This document shows, piece after piece, positions 14,000-28,047 of a stretch of 64,000 nucleotides of DNA (its first letter is position 1; each line of letters begins with the position of its first letter). The notes beneath the pieces were generated by a model. The model ran no database searches. It was not told the origin of the DNA and saw only the letters and a list, made by a program, of their open reading frames with translations. Made by a program: the position numbers and the translations under genes. The DNA comes from Octopus sinensis (Eukaryota): assembly GCF_006345805.1 (NCBI RefSeq), contig NC_043003.1, positions 65,224,001 through 65,288,000 of the forward strand, given 5' to 3'.

Positions 14000-15320
14000 T
14001 CTTCTTCTTCTTATTCTTCTTCTTCTTCTTCTTCTTCTTCTTCTTCTACTTTTCCTTCTTCTTCTTCTTCTTCTTCTTTTTCTTCTTCTTCTTCTTCTTC
14101 TTCTTCTTCTTTTCCTCCTTCTTTTCATATTCCTATTTTTCTCCTCCTCCTCTCCTTTCTCTTCTTCTCTTACTTCTTTCTCTTCTTCCTCTTTCTCTTC
14201 TTTCTCTTCTTCCTCTTTCTCTTCTTTCTCATCTTCCTCTTTCGCTTCTTCCTCGTTCTCTTCTGTCTTTTCTTTCGCTTCTTCTTCTTCTTCTTGTTTC
14301 TCACCTACATATTTTACCTCTTCTTCCTCCACCACCACATCATTTAGTTTCATTATTTTCTCCTCCTTCACCCCCATCCCATCCCTCTGTGTTTTACTCT
14401 TTCAAATTTCTTATTTTTTGTTCTGCATTCCATATATTTTGTATTATTTTCCTCCATCAACATTTCGCTCAGTTCTTGTGTTCTTCATTTCTTCTTCATC
14501 AATTCCTTACGCCGTATTATTTCCCATTTTTTCTGTATTTGTCTTTATTTTAATATTCGTTTCTTTTGTCTTTTGCTCATCATTTTTTTTCGTTGCCATT
14601 CTTGCTTTTTCATAATCTTTTATGAAACTTAACACCTCAACCGCCGCCGTCGTCGTTGTCGTCATCTTCCTCCTCCTCCTCCTCCTCACCTATAATCATG
14701 CTCATCATCATCGTCGTCATCATTATCATCCTCCCCTTCTGCCATCTCCTTCTCATCATCATCATCATCATCATCGTGGTCTTTGTCGGCATTCAGCGCT
14801 ATAATCCTATTATTCCTCCACTTCATCATTATCTCCCCCTTGTTCATAATTGGCTTTACCACAGTTGTCCTCACCACCACCACCACCACCACCAACACCA
14901 CCACAATTATAATCATTGTCAACCATATTCGTCATCATCTTCGGTGTTGTCATCTTCGTCATAATCAATCACCACCACACCAACACCACTACCAACACCC
15001 CATCCACCCCCACCTTCACCCCCCACCACCAACACTACTACCAACACCAACACCACCACTACCACCACCAACACCAAAACCATCACCACCACCACCACCA
15101 CCACCACCACCACCACCAACACCATCACCACCGCCACCACCACCACCACCAACACCACCACCATCACCACCAACACCACCAACACCATCACCACCACTGC
15201 CACCAATGCCACCACCACCACCATCATCATCATCATTATCATTACTATCTTCATCTTCATCATTATCATCTTCATCATCATCATCATCGTCATCACCTTC
15301 GTCATCATTTTCGTTTTCAA
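14000..15320. repeat. Compound trinucleotide low-complexity tract (TCT, CAT, ACC)
   Basis: Direct reading; source of the poly-S/P/H/G pseudo-ORFs. Confidence 0.92.
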
Positions 15321-15835
15321 CACCTTTCATCTTTCATCGGTTTTGTATTTACAAAATCCAAAATGTTTATCACAACATAAGCTAATCCCATTTTCCTAAA
15401 CATCGGTAAATTGCCAAAAACACTTTCCTTTCTCAGTCCCAGATGACACGTTCGGATTATAAATTATATTATTGCGCCAACCACTTTATACAATTCCAAT
15501 TTTAAAGCTCCACCTGGAATAAATTCGGTATGAAATGAAAGGGATCAACAATAATCGACTGCGAACGGATTCGAAGTAGATAACCATGGGCACCAAATTG
15601 TTGAAGAAACGTAAATTTGTTTCATAGACCGCTCCATCACAACTCAGGTTCGATATATACATTTATAAAAATGTAATTTCTGAAATAGCGTAAAGAAAAT
15701 TAACCGGAGTTTTGTGACTGTTGTGTTTTATGGTGTATGTGTATCTTGTAGCCAACAGAGAGTTAAAGATAATAGGATTTTTATTATAACAACAAATCTG
15801 CACTTTTTTATTTACAGAAAAGAGTATTGTCAATT

Positions 15836-16996
15836 TTTTTCTACTCAAGGAACAAGGCCCGAAATGTTTTGGGGAGGGGTTCAGTCGATTAAATCGACCC
15901 CAGTACGCAACTGGTACTTAATTTATTGATCCCAAAAGGATGAATGGCAAAGTCGACATTGTCGGAATTTGAACTCAGAACGTAGCGGAAGATGAAAAAA
16001 TATTTCTTTACTACCCACAAGGGGCTAAACACAGAGAGGATAAACAAGGACAGACAAACAGATTAAGTCGATTTTATCGACCGCAGTGCGTAACTGGTCA
16101 TTAATTTATCGACCTCGAAAGAATGAAAGGCAAAGTCGACCTAGGCGGAAATTGAACTCAGAACGTAAAGGCAGACGAAATACCTATTTCTTTACTACCC
16201 ACAAGGGGCAAAACACAGAGAGGACAAACAAGGATAGACAATCGGAATAAGTCGATTATATCGACCCCAGTGCGTAACAGGTACTTATTTAATCGACCCC
16301 GAAAGGATGAAAGGCAAGGTCGACCTCGGCGAAATTTGAACTCAGAGCGTAGCGGCAGACGAAATACCGCTAAGCATTTAGCCTGGCGTGCTAACGTTTC
16401 TGCCAGCACGCCACCTTTAACAATTTTTTGTATTCTAGGCACAAGGCCCGAAATTTTGGGGGAGGGAGCCAGTCGATTAGATCGACCCTAGTACACAACT
16501 GGTAATTAATTTATCGACACCGAAAGGATGAAAGGCAAGGTTGACCTCAGCGGGATTTGAACGCAGAACGTAAAGACAGGCGAAATACCTATTTCTTTAC
16601 TACCCACAAGTGGCTAAACACAGAGAGGACAAACAAGGACAGACAAACGGATTAAGTCGATTACATCGATCTCAGTGCGTAACTGGTACTTAATTTATCG
16701 ACCCCGAAAGGGTGAAAGGCAAAGTCGACTTCGGCGGAATTTTAATCTCTGAACGTAACGGCAGACGAAATGCCTATTTCTTTACTACCCACAAGGGGCT
16801 AAACACAGACAGGACAAACAAACGGATTAAGTCGATTATATCGACCCCAGTGCATAACTGGTACTTATTTAATCGACCCCGAAAGGATGAAAAGCAAAGT
16901 CGACCACGGCGGAATTTGAACTCAGAACGTAAAGACAGACGAAATACCGCTAAGCATTTCGCCCGGCGTGCTAACGTTTCTGCCAGCTCGCCGCCT
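15836..16996 (-). mobile_element. Head-to-tail multimer of SINE family B (about 6 modules) within one 16-bp TSD
   Basis: aagagtattgtcaatt at 15820-15835 and 16997-17012; repeated modules joined at ...gaaatacctatttctttactaccc. Confidence 0.85.
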
Positions 16997-17969
16997 AAGA
17001 GTATTGTCAATTGAATAAACCCCAGTAGTTAATTGTTACTGTTTTTTCTTATTGAAAGCCAGTGGGTGGAAAGCAACGAACTGCATTCAGAATATGAGGA
17101 CCGTAACAAAGAACCTTAATACATCTTGTCAAACTCATTAAATATTCTGATAATCAACCACACACAAATATGTATAAGTTAACAAGAAATCATATTTGAT
17201 CTATAGTTTCATTCATTAGTCTATTAGTATTTATTTTTCGACGTTTGCTCAATTTTGCTTGAATGCTGCTTTGGTTTAAATAGCTTAAATTTAATCAAGA
17301 AGTCTACATCGGTGTATAATAATACCAATAATAAAATATGCAAAATTTTCAAGGAACTAATGGTGCAATAAAAGGGAGAAGTACGAAGTAAGTAAATTTG
17401 CGTTGTAAAACAAGCGACATCTCAACACTAAAACAAACACTTCGCGAAAATAGTGTATTCTGTGATGACTCCGATTGAACTATCATCCGAAACTTAGAAC
17501 TTTTCTTTCTTTATTTGTTTACCTTGTAATATATTTTTTACCCAGAACCCCTGAATATTTGTTTCGTATTTTTCGTCCTGAAACTCAATTTAGAATACTT
17601 TGTTTCGCATTCATTTTATTGAAATATGTGGTACAATGTTACAAAAATAAAATGCTATTTCGATATCAGTTAAGAGACCATTGGTTTCCGTGTTAAATAA
17701 GTTATTAATATTGTCACTGATATAAAGAAAGTCGCAACTGTTAGGGGTGGAACGTCTTTGACTATAGGTTTCCTCAGTTATTAACTTATACTTGTCGCTT
17801 AAATACACAAAGCTACAATGTATAATGTAGAATAAGGTGTAGCGATAGTTGGGATGGCCATGGTTGGCATAATAGACCTGTTCGGTCAGGGTTAAACTGA
17901 TAAATAAATAATTTCAATACCAAAATCATTATAACAGAAAATGAAATAATTCACGATGTTTTCTTTTCT

Positions 17970-18120
17970 AAACAAGGCACAAAGCCCGAAATTTTTGGGT
18001 GAGGGAGCTAGCCGATTAGATCGACTCCAGTACGCAACTGGTACATAATTTATCGATTCTAAAAGAACGAAAGGCAAAGTGGAGCTCGGCGGAATTTGAA
18101 CTCAGAACATAAAGACAGGC
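17970..18120 (-). mobile_element. SINE family B, 5'-truncated
   Basis: Family B body and tail in reverse. Confidence 0.75.
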
Positions 18121-18190
18121 AACAAAAAATTCACGAAGTTTTCTGCAATATGAATTTGAATGGGTTTTTCTTTTTATACAGACACAATTA

Positions 18191-18360
18191 TGCGTAGGAG
18201 TGGCTGTGTTATTAAGTAGCTTGCTTTCTAATCCCATGGTTCCAGGTTCAGTCCCACTGCGTGGCATCTTGGGCAAGTGTCTTCTACCATAACCTCGGGC
18301 CGACAAGAGCCTTATCAGTAGATTTGGTAGACGGAAACTGAAAGAATCCCGTCGTATATA
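18191..18360 (+). mobile_element. SINE family A, first half
   Basis: gcgtaggagtggctgtg...cttgggcaagtgtcttc...gacggaaactgaaagaatcccgtcgtata. Confidence 0.8.
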
Positions 18361-18380
18361 TGTATATATATATATATATA

Positions 18381-20635
18381 TAAAATATTATTAGAGACAA
18401 AACCACTATTTTGCAAAACAAACAAGGAAAGACTTAATCAATACATAAAATTTTAATAAATAGTCAAAAAAACCGCCACTACAATCGTTTCTTGTCTTGA
18501 TCGACAATCTTCAGGTGGACTTCCAATCTAAAAAATCAATATTTTAAAATATAAAAATAATAATTTTAAAATAATTAAAGTATGAATGAAAAAATATAAG
18601 TATATAATCCATATATAACCTATCGATAATCCATATATAATCAATATATAAACAATATATAAACTAAAAAAACCTATCAACAATTAAATATAAAATATAA
18701 AATATAAAATATAAAATATAAAACAAAACAAAAAAAATATAATAATAATATAATAATAAACTATATATACACCCATACACATATACCTAATTATATATAA
18801 CCATATCTAACTACATACACTAAATCACACACCTATATATATATCCCTATACATACACATAAAAATGTCTAGACAACTATAAATAAATAAAATAGCTAAA
18901 TACTTCAACACAATACTTATTCATACTCCCACACACACACACATACAACCCACATTCACGCTCTAGAAAACGGACATCACTCAAAACTATGAACGGAGAA
19001 ATGGAATAAATGGAATTAAAAATTATATTCACTTGGTAAAACGAACACTACTTAAAAATTATGAATGAAACAATGCAATAAAGCAACAGACATCGCAAAT
19101 AGACACAAATTACTACAAATTCCTTATCAAACCTACCATGATAACCAAAACTCATAAAAACATATAATGATAAAATCTCCCTTTACTAAACTCTATAACA
19201 AACCTATATAGCAATCCCCCTAACCTAAACATTCACACACAAATACACACACGTAAACCACACACCCACGACATATACAAATACCCACACCACTTACACA
19301 TACCAATACATACATATAAACCTCAACATATACTCCAAAAACCCACTCAACCCCACACAGACAAATAAACACAAAAATTATGAATGGATTCTTTTATAAA
19401 ACTACCATGATAAGCTAAAACTCACAAAACAGAAATGATAAAACCTCCCTTTACTAAACACTAAAACATACTTATATAGCAATTCCTTAACCTATACATT
19501 CACACACAAAACCACTCGTAAATCACACACCCATAACAAATACAAACTCCCACCCCACTCACACACACCCACAAGTACATATAAGCCTCAACATATACAC
19601 CAAACAAAATTACTTTACCGAGGAACTTAACATATATATAAAAAGTATAACCGCTCTGGAAACGAACATCTCTAAATTAATGAATGGAGAAATGGAATAA
19701 ATGGAATTAAAAATAAAATTCACGTGGCAAAACGAACACCACTCAAAAATTATGAATGAAACAATATAATAAAACAACCAACATCGAAAATAGACAATTA
19801 CTACGAATTCACTAAAAAAAACCATGATAAACCAAAACTCTTAAAAAACATATAACGATAAAATCTCCCTTTGCTAAACTCTATAACAAACCTATATAGT
19901 AATCCCCCTAACCTAAACATTCAACACCAAACACACACGTAAACCACAGACCCACGACTTATACACATACCTAAACTAACTTATAAACCTCCATATACAC
20001 CAAAACCCACTCCCTCCCACACAGACAAATTAACTCATACATCCCAAAATATAAATAACAAACCCATATACACATTCACACACAAACACACACACACGCA
20101 AAACACACACACACAACAGATACATATACTCCCTCACATATACGCATATACATACTCACTAAACTCGATATATACAACAATATTTACACACCCACACTCA
20201 TACAGATAAATAAATTATACAACTAAAAACTCGCACACAATCTCATATACATAAACACTCCTATGAAAACAACATTAAATACATCGTAATTAACCAGAAT
20301 ATCAAAAATAACAATATGACATAAAGGTAAATAAAATACATACTTACAATTCAGTGTCAAATTATGAAGTGAAATTAAATTCTTAGCCGTTAAAAAAACC
20401 AAACCAAAATTACGTTACCATAGAAATAACTTATGTAAAAAAAGACTAACAAACAACTTACAGTAACCCAAACCCATTCTCTATGCCTACTTCACTACTA
20501 TTGGAATTGTGAATGGAATAGTGTAGTAGTGAAGTAGTGGCGGTTTTTTTGACTATTTATTAAAATTTTATGTATTGATTAAGTCTTTCCTTGTTTGTTT
20601 TGCAAAATAGTGGTTTTGTCTCTAATAATATTTTA
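18381..20635. mobile_element. Non-autonomous, probably Penelope-derived element with perfect ~102-bp terminal inverted repeats
   Basis: 18381-18482 is the exact reverse complement of 20534-20635; A/C-skewed interior with internal repeats; hammerhead motif. The Penelope assignment is inferred from the hammerhead type. Confidence 0.7.
18476..18518 (-). ncRNA. Minimal type I hammerhead ribozyme
   Basis: Minus strand: CCAC CUGAAGA UUGUC-GAUCAA-GACAA GAAA C-GAUU-G UA/GUGG; stem I 4 bp, stem II 5 bp, minimal stem III, GUA triplet. Confidence 0.75.
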
Positions 20636-20709
20636 TAATATTTTACTATAAAATCGATTTAATCCTAAATCTGATTTTTTCCTGTAAATTTGGATTTATT
20701 CCCTAATAT

Positions 20710-20907
20710 TTATTATTATATATATATATAATATATATATTATATATATATATATAGATATATATATATAATATGTATATATATAGATATATATATATAT
20801 ATATATTATATATGTATATATATATATATGATATATATATATATATATATTGTATTATATATATATGTATATATAATATAGTATATATATAATATTATAT
20901 ATATATA

Positions 20908-20946
<39 letters not shown>

Positions 20947-20975
20947 ATAGTATATATATTATATGTATATATATG

Positions 20976-21009
<34 letters not shown>

Positions 21010-21023
21010 GGTATATATATATG

Positions 21024-21054
<31 letters not shown>

Positions 21055-21132
21055 GTATAATATATATATTAGTATATATATATATGTATATATATATATA
21101 ATATTATATATATATATATATGTATATATATC

Positions 21133-21194
<62 letters not shown>

Positions 21195-21612
21195 TATATA
21201 TATATATATAGTATATATATATATATATTGATATATATATATATATAATATATATGTTATATATATATATGTATATATATTATATATATATATATATATA
21301 TAGGTGTATATATATATATGTATATATATATATTATAATATATATATTATATATATATTATATATATGTATATATATATATATATATGTGTATATATATA
21401 TATATGTATAATATATATATATATATAATATGTGTATATATATTATATATATATGTATATTATATATATATTATGTATTATATATTATATATATATATAT
21501 ATATGTGTATATATATATATATATAGGTAATATATATATTATATAATATATGTGTATATATATTATTGTGTGTATATATATATATATATATATGGTATTA
21601 TATATATATATA

Positions 21613-21647
<35 letters not shown>

Positions 21648-21974
21648 GATATATATATATTATATGTATATATATATATATATATGTATATTATATATAT
21701 ATATATGATATATATATATGTATATATATATATATAATATATGTTATATTATATATATATATATATATATGTATATATTATTGTATATATATATATATAT
21801 ATGTATATATAATATATATTGTATATATATATATATGTATATATATATTATATATATTATATGTATATATAAAATGTATATATATATATATAATGTAATA
21901 ATATGTATATAATATATATATGTATAATATATATAGATATATCTATATATATATATGTTATATATATATATAAT

Positions 21975-22019
<45 letters not shown>

Positions 22020-22126
22020 TGTAATATATTATATATATATATTAATATATGTATATATTATATATATATGATATATATATATTATATGTATATATATATA
22101 TATGTATATATATATATGTATATATA

Positions 22127-22163
<37 letters not shown>

Positions 22164-22182
22164 TATGATATATATATATATA
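20710..22182. repeat. ~1.5-kb degenerate (AT)n tract
   Basis: Direct reading. Confidence 0.95.
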
Positions 22183-23097
22183 TGATTGATTGATTGATTG
22201 ATTGATTCCAGTTTCAGCTCATGAGCTGTGGCCATGCTGGGGCACCGCCATTTGGTGTTGCTACTTGGTTTCACTTCATGGAGGCTTTCTAGCAACTGCT
22301 ATTTGGTGCATGAGAGAGTTCGATGCAGCTGCCCTCATCTGCCCCTCCTGCCGTGAAGTTGGTTCATCTGGGACACCTGACAGGAAGAGATCCAGCTCCA
22401 TTTTAAAGACATCTGTATCCACCCCATGCAGGTCTCTCAGGTTCATCGGGAGGATATTGAGAGCTGTGGGCCTCGGAAGCCCAGGCTATCACAGAATCTT
22501 GTCCTACACTCTGATGGCAAGTTTGGAGTCCTAGGCACCACGCAGTGGCGCCCAGTTCTGGCGTTTGCGTAACTCTCGATGCCAAAGTTCAGGACACTTC
22601 CCTCCAGGATCTTCCAGATGTATATTATGGCATATCTTTCCCGCCTACGCTCCAGGGAATATAATTTTAATCTCTTGAGTCTTTCCCAGTAGCTTACATT
22701 CTGCATAGAGGCTATCTTCTTCGTGTAGCTTCGTTGGATCGCCTCAAGTTCTGTGATCAACTTGACACTGGATGGTGACCATAGCTGAGAGCAATAGTCA
22801 AAGTGACTTAGGACAAGTGTCTTCCAGAGGACCATCATGGTTTCTTGTTCTCTTGTTCTAAAGGTTCTAAGAATCCATCCAGCCAGGCGTCTGCATTTCA
22901 CTGTCAGTTTAGCAACATGTACATGAAGGTCGCGCGTCATCACTCATGTGAATACCCAGGTCACGCACTGATTGTGCCTCTGGGATTGCAATCCCTCCGG
23001 TCCAGTGTATTCCTTGGGTATGCATTCAGTTTTGCATGCTGATAGTATAAAGCTTGAAACTTTTCAGCATTGAACTGCATGCTATCTTTTTCAGCCC
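22183..23097 (-). mobile_element. CR1/L2-group LINE, 5'-truncated, (AATC)n tail
   Basis: ORF 22443-22943 (WILRTFRTR...WKTLVLSHFDYCSQLWSP...LEAIQRSYTK...SYWERLKRLKLYSLERRRER); upstream frameshifted [14 protein letters not shown]; tgat tail at 22183-22206. Confidence 0.88.
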
Positions 23098-23490
<393 letters not shown>

Positions 23491-23494
23491 GTGT

Positions 23495-23705
23495 CTGTGT
23501 TTGTCCCCCCCCAAATCGCTTGACAACCGATGCTGGTGTGCTTACGTCGCCGTAACTTAGCGGTTCGGCAAAAGTGACCGATAGAATAGGTAACTAGGCT
23601 TACAAATAATAAGTCCTGGGGTTGATTTGCTCGACTAAAGGCGTTGCTCCAGCATGGCCACAGTGAAATGACTGAAACAAGTAAAAGAGCAAAAGAGAAA
23701 AGATT
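23495..23705 (+). mobile_element. SINE family A, 3' half
   Basis: gtttgtccccc...gacaaccgatgctggtg...ccagcatggccacag...actgaaacaagtaaaagag. Confidence 0.8.
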
Positions 23706-24504
23706 AAAGAGTAATCGTGAAGATTATCAAAAGAAGTTAAAAGCAACAGACTACAAGAGGAATTTTCGGTTATCAAATTCCTAGAGGATATGAAGTCAAT
23801 AACCTCGTGGTGCGCGTGCATTCAAACATGTCTTTCTGTAGCCTGGTGGTCAGCACTGAACGATGAAACAAATGTTCAAAGTCGCAACACCTGTGTTCAT
23901 ATCATATTCATTGAAGCATTGTGTAACATGAGCATTGTGTCTAATATGTCCACTTTGTAAGACGCTGTGATGTAATTTGATTTTTATTACTTGCCATTTC
24001 CAGGTGTTATACTTAATTTATCGGCTCAATTTAACGCCACCACGCCTTTGGTTGCCTGTAGCGGACACCAGACGATTGCAACTATTCAGAAAAGGTTGCT
24101 GATTTCTCGTTCTAATCGACGTTTAACCTAACGTCGGAGATTGTGTTAAGAGCCATAGGCGTTATTCGTCTTCTTGTGACTTTGCGATAGGTTTACAAAA
24201 AAGATTCGATCGGAGCTTACGAACTCCATCCTGTGCAAACGTAAAGGGTTCCCGCAAACCTGACGAGATAATGCAATTTTTAAAATCCAAACTAGCGGAA
24301 TGTACATTTCAAAAGGAGAAAAAAGGACAAAAAGATTCGTTTCAATTTAGCAGTAAATAAATGAGCAATTCATGCATAAACGTTATTCACAGCACAGAAT
24401 AAAGAACGAAACAATTAAGAAAAAAGCGCATTAAAATGGGTATTGAAACACACAGCGCGCGCGTGATTTGTGCTCGTGTGTGTGCATATGTGCATATACA
24501 CATG

Positions 24505-24575
<71 letters not shown>

Positions 24576-24585
24576 ATTTATTCTG

Positions 24586-24658
<73 letters not shown>

Positions 24659-25505
24659 ATAATATATATATATATAATATATATATATACATATATATAT
24701 ACTCACACGCACATCGCACATCCAATATATTTACATACTCACACACACTGACACATATATATACACACACACACATAGACATACACATACACACACACAT
24801 GCATATATATATGTATATATATATATATATATATTAATATATATATATATAAACAAACACACACTCACTCATACACACATATGCCGACTAATACAGCATC
24901 CATTTGATAATAAATCAATCTGAAATAATTTTAGATATAATTGGTTTAACAAATTCCATTTAGCTGTACAGAGCTCATTATTCTATGAAACAAAACTACA
25001 CAAACAATATATCTGTAGCTACTCGTTTATAAGGCAAACAATAACACTAAAACATTGCCTCGAAAACTATGGAAAAACTAATAACAATATCACAGCCATC
25101 CCTCATCTATTACACAACTCGTTTACACTCACCCACGTCAGTTCTTACAAAAACTGTTGAAGAGAATCTCATTTGTGTTGTCCGTCTATATGTTCATCCA
25201 TCCGATCAAAACCACGATAATATTTACTCCGTTTGAACTCCTCAACTATGAAGATAGCTCACATATGTAATGCACGACATCCTTTCTTATGCTTATCAGT
25301 TGAACTGGAAAAGGACTACGAATAGCTTGGCATTATATTGATCGGGATTATTTCCAGGCGTTTATTTCAACATCTCCTATACGCGCACACGCTCAAAAAC
25401 ACCCCCACACACTCACAAACACAAACACACACACATACACACACTCACAAACACATAGGCCTATACATTCATACACATACATGCATGTATCGATACATAT
25501 ATAAA

Positions 25506-25552
<47 letters not shown>

Positions 25553-26079
25553 CATATACGCATCCATACTTATTGCTGTTTATATACATATAGACATATA
25601 TTCGTGTGCGTATATATATCTATATATATACACGCATAAAATATAAAATATGTGTATATAGGCATGTATTTATATATACATGCATGTGTATGAGTGTCTG
25701 TGTGCATATATATATATGTGTGTGTGTATGTATATATATATATGTGCATATCTATAAACGCGCACACACATGTATATATGTATGTGTATGACGTTTATTA
25801 ACAACGGATTTGTTACATGCATGCTCTATATACATGCAAACACAAATATAGAAGTCGCTCATACATACGTGACGAGTAAATATATTCGATAATGTACACA
25901 CATGTTCTACGCTGATATCCAATATGAATATTAATCTGACAAAAGCCAAGTCCAATTTCATTAAATCTGAATGCAAGAGAAACTCTATAGAAAACAATGT
26001 ATGGATCTAAAAGAATTTTTGCCATGCTTTTATTTGCACATGAATGACACTTTTCATATTTCATTGAAATTTCATATTG

Positions 26080-26631
26080 TTTTCTTTTCAACTCTAGGCA
26101 CAAGGCCCGAAATTTTGGGGGAGGGTGCCAGACGATTAAACTGGTACTTAATTTATCGACTCTGAAAAAGTTGAATGGCAAAGTCGACCTCGGCGGAATT
26201 TGAACTCAGAACGTAAAGGCAAACGAAATACCTATTTCTATTTCTTTACTACCCACAAGGGTACGAACTCAGAACGTAAAGGCAGAGGAAATACCTATTT
26301 CTATTTCTTTACTACCCACAAGGGGCTAAACACAGAGGGGACGGACGAGGACAGACAAACGGATTAAGTCGATTATATCGACCCCAATGCGTAACTGGTA
26401 CTTATTTAATAGAGCCCGAAAGGATGAAAGGCAGAGTGAACCTCGGCGGAATTTGAACTCAGAACGTAAAGACAGACAAAAAAATTCACGAAGTTTTCTG
26501 CAATATGACTTTGAATGGGTTTTTCTTTTTATACATACACAATTAGGCGTAGGAATTCAGAACGTAACGGCAGACGAAATACTGCTAAGCATTTCGCCCG
26601 AGTGCTAACGTTTCTGCCAGCTCGCCGGCTT
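26080..26631 (-). mobile_element. Composite SINE family B multimer within a 17-bp TSD
   Basis: attgaaatttcatattg at 26063-26079 and 26632-26648. Confidence 0.82.
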
Positions 26632-27344
26632 ATTGAAATTTCATATTGCACACATAAATACTTTTCTGACAAAATCTCAGATCCTGCACGTATAACTTCA
26701 GTCGTAATTCTCAACACTTTATGTAAAAATCATACTATAAATATTGGTTTCACATTTTAGGAGGGGACAAGTCGTTTACATCGACCCCAGTTTTCAACTG
26801 GTACTTGTTTTATCAATCCCGAAAAGATAAAGGCGGCCTCCGCAGAATTTGAACGCAAATCGTATAAACGGACGAAATGCCTCAAAGCATTTTTACCCAG
26901 CGTGTTAACGGTTCTGTCAGCTCACCGCCTTTAAGTTATATTATAGATCTATTAAAATGTATACTTTACGAGTATTTATTATTCATATCTGCTGTTTCAA
27001 CTGGTTAATTAGTAAAGTTGTAAAGAATATTTTGATGTTCTGTTATCCTAAAATATGTCGCTGTCTAGACCGTGATAACCATAAGCACCAATTAATTTGT
27101 CTTATAATCTAAATCCTCACAAGTGGCATACATACCACTTTCATTCAGCAATTGTGTACCATCAGCTAAAGGATATATTAGGCTTTTTTTACGGTCACTA
27201 ATGTATGGTTTCAGAGTGTTTCTCTAATTAATCTGTAAATACCTTTAGCTGACATGACACAACTATGTTGCAAGAACTCACAACTGGCCACCCCTTCGTG
27301 TTTCTCTGGTCCTTACACCATCTTCTAAGTTTTTGAAAAGTATA

Positions 27345-27499
27345 GGTGCAGGAGTGGCTGTGTGGTAAGTAGCTTGCTTACCAACCACATGGTTCTGGGT
27401 TCAGTCCCACTGCGTGGCACCTTGGGCAGGTGTCTTCTACTATAGCCTCGGGCCCACCATAGCCTGGATTTGGTAGATGGAAACTAAAAGAAGCCTGTC

Positions 27500-27553
<54 letters not shown>

Positions 27554-27790
27554 CTGTCTGTGTGTGTGTGTATGCGTGTGTCTGTGTTTGTCCCCCAACA
27601 TCGTTTGACAACCGATGCTGGTGTGTTTACGTCAACGTAACTTAGTGGTTCGGCAAAAGAGACCGATAGAATAAGTACTAGGCTTACAAAGAATAAGTCC
27701 TGGGGTCGATTTGTTCGACTAAAGGCGGTACTTCAGCATGGCCATAGTCAAGTGACTGAAACAACTAAAAGTGTAAAAGAGTAAAATAGA
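27345..27790 (+). mobile_element. Full-length SINE family A
   Basis: Head, CORE-like segment, internal (AT)(GT) tract and tail all present. Confidence 0.85.
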
Positions 27791-28047
27791 GTATAATAGA
27801 CGTTGCTCTTCTTCCGAGCCATAAAAATATGAAAATGGACGATCGAACGCGTAGACACACCATCGTGTGCTCCTGTAAAGATTCTCTCAAACCTGTTGAG
27901 GTCCTACTTTTCCAAATGTACTTTAAATTTAGAAAGTTAGGAATTAAAGTTGGACTCTGTTGTTAATGCTGCATTGGATAACCTGTTCTAAAATTCCGAC
28001 ACACCTGTGTACGTGTGAGTGTTTGTCTTTACACTGGTATGTATATG

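Noticed and set aside
14783-15385. Poly-Pro/His/Gly ORFs resembling extensin or glycine-rich proteins
   Set aside because: Pure ACC/CAT trinucleotide expansion, open in several frames on both strands
15836-16996. CRISPR-like repeat-spacer array
   Set aside because: Units are long SINE modules without unique spacers; eukaryotic context and no cas genes
20710-22182. Higher-order coding or periodic structure in the AT tract
   Set aside because: Irregular interruptions fit slippage or long-read error; no consistent unit seen
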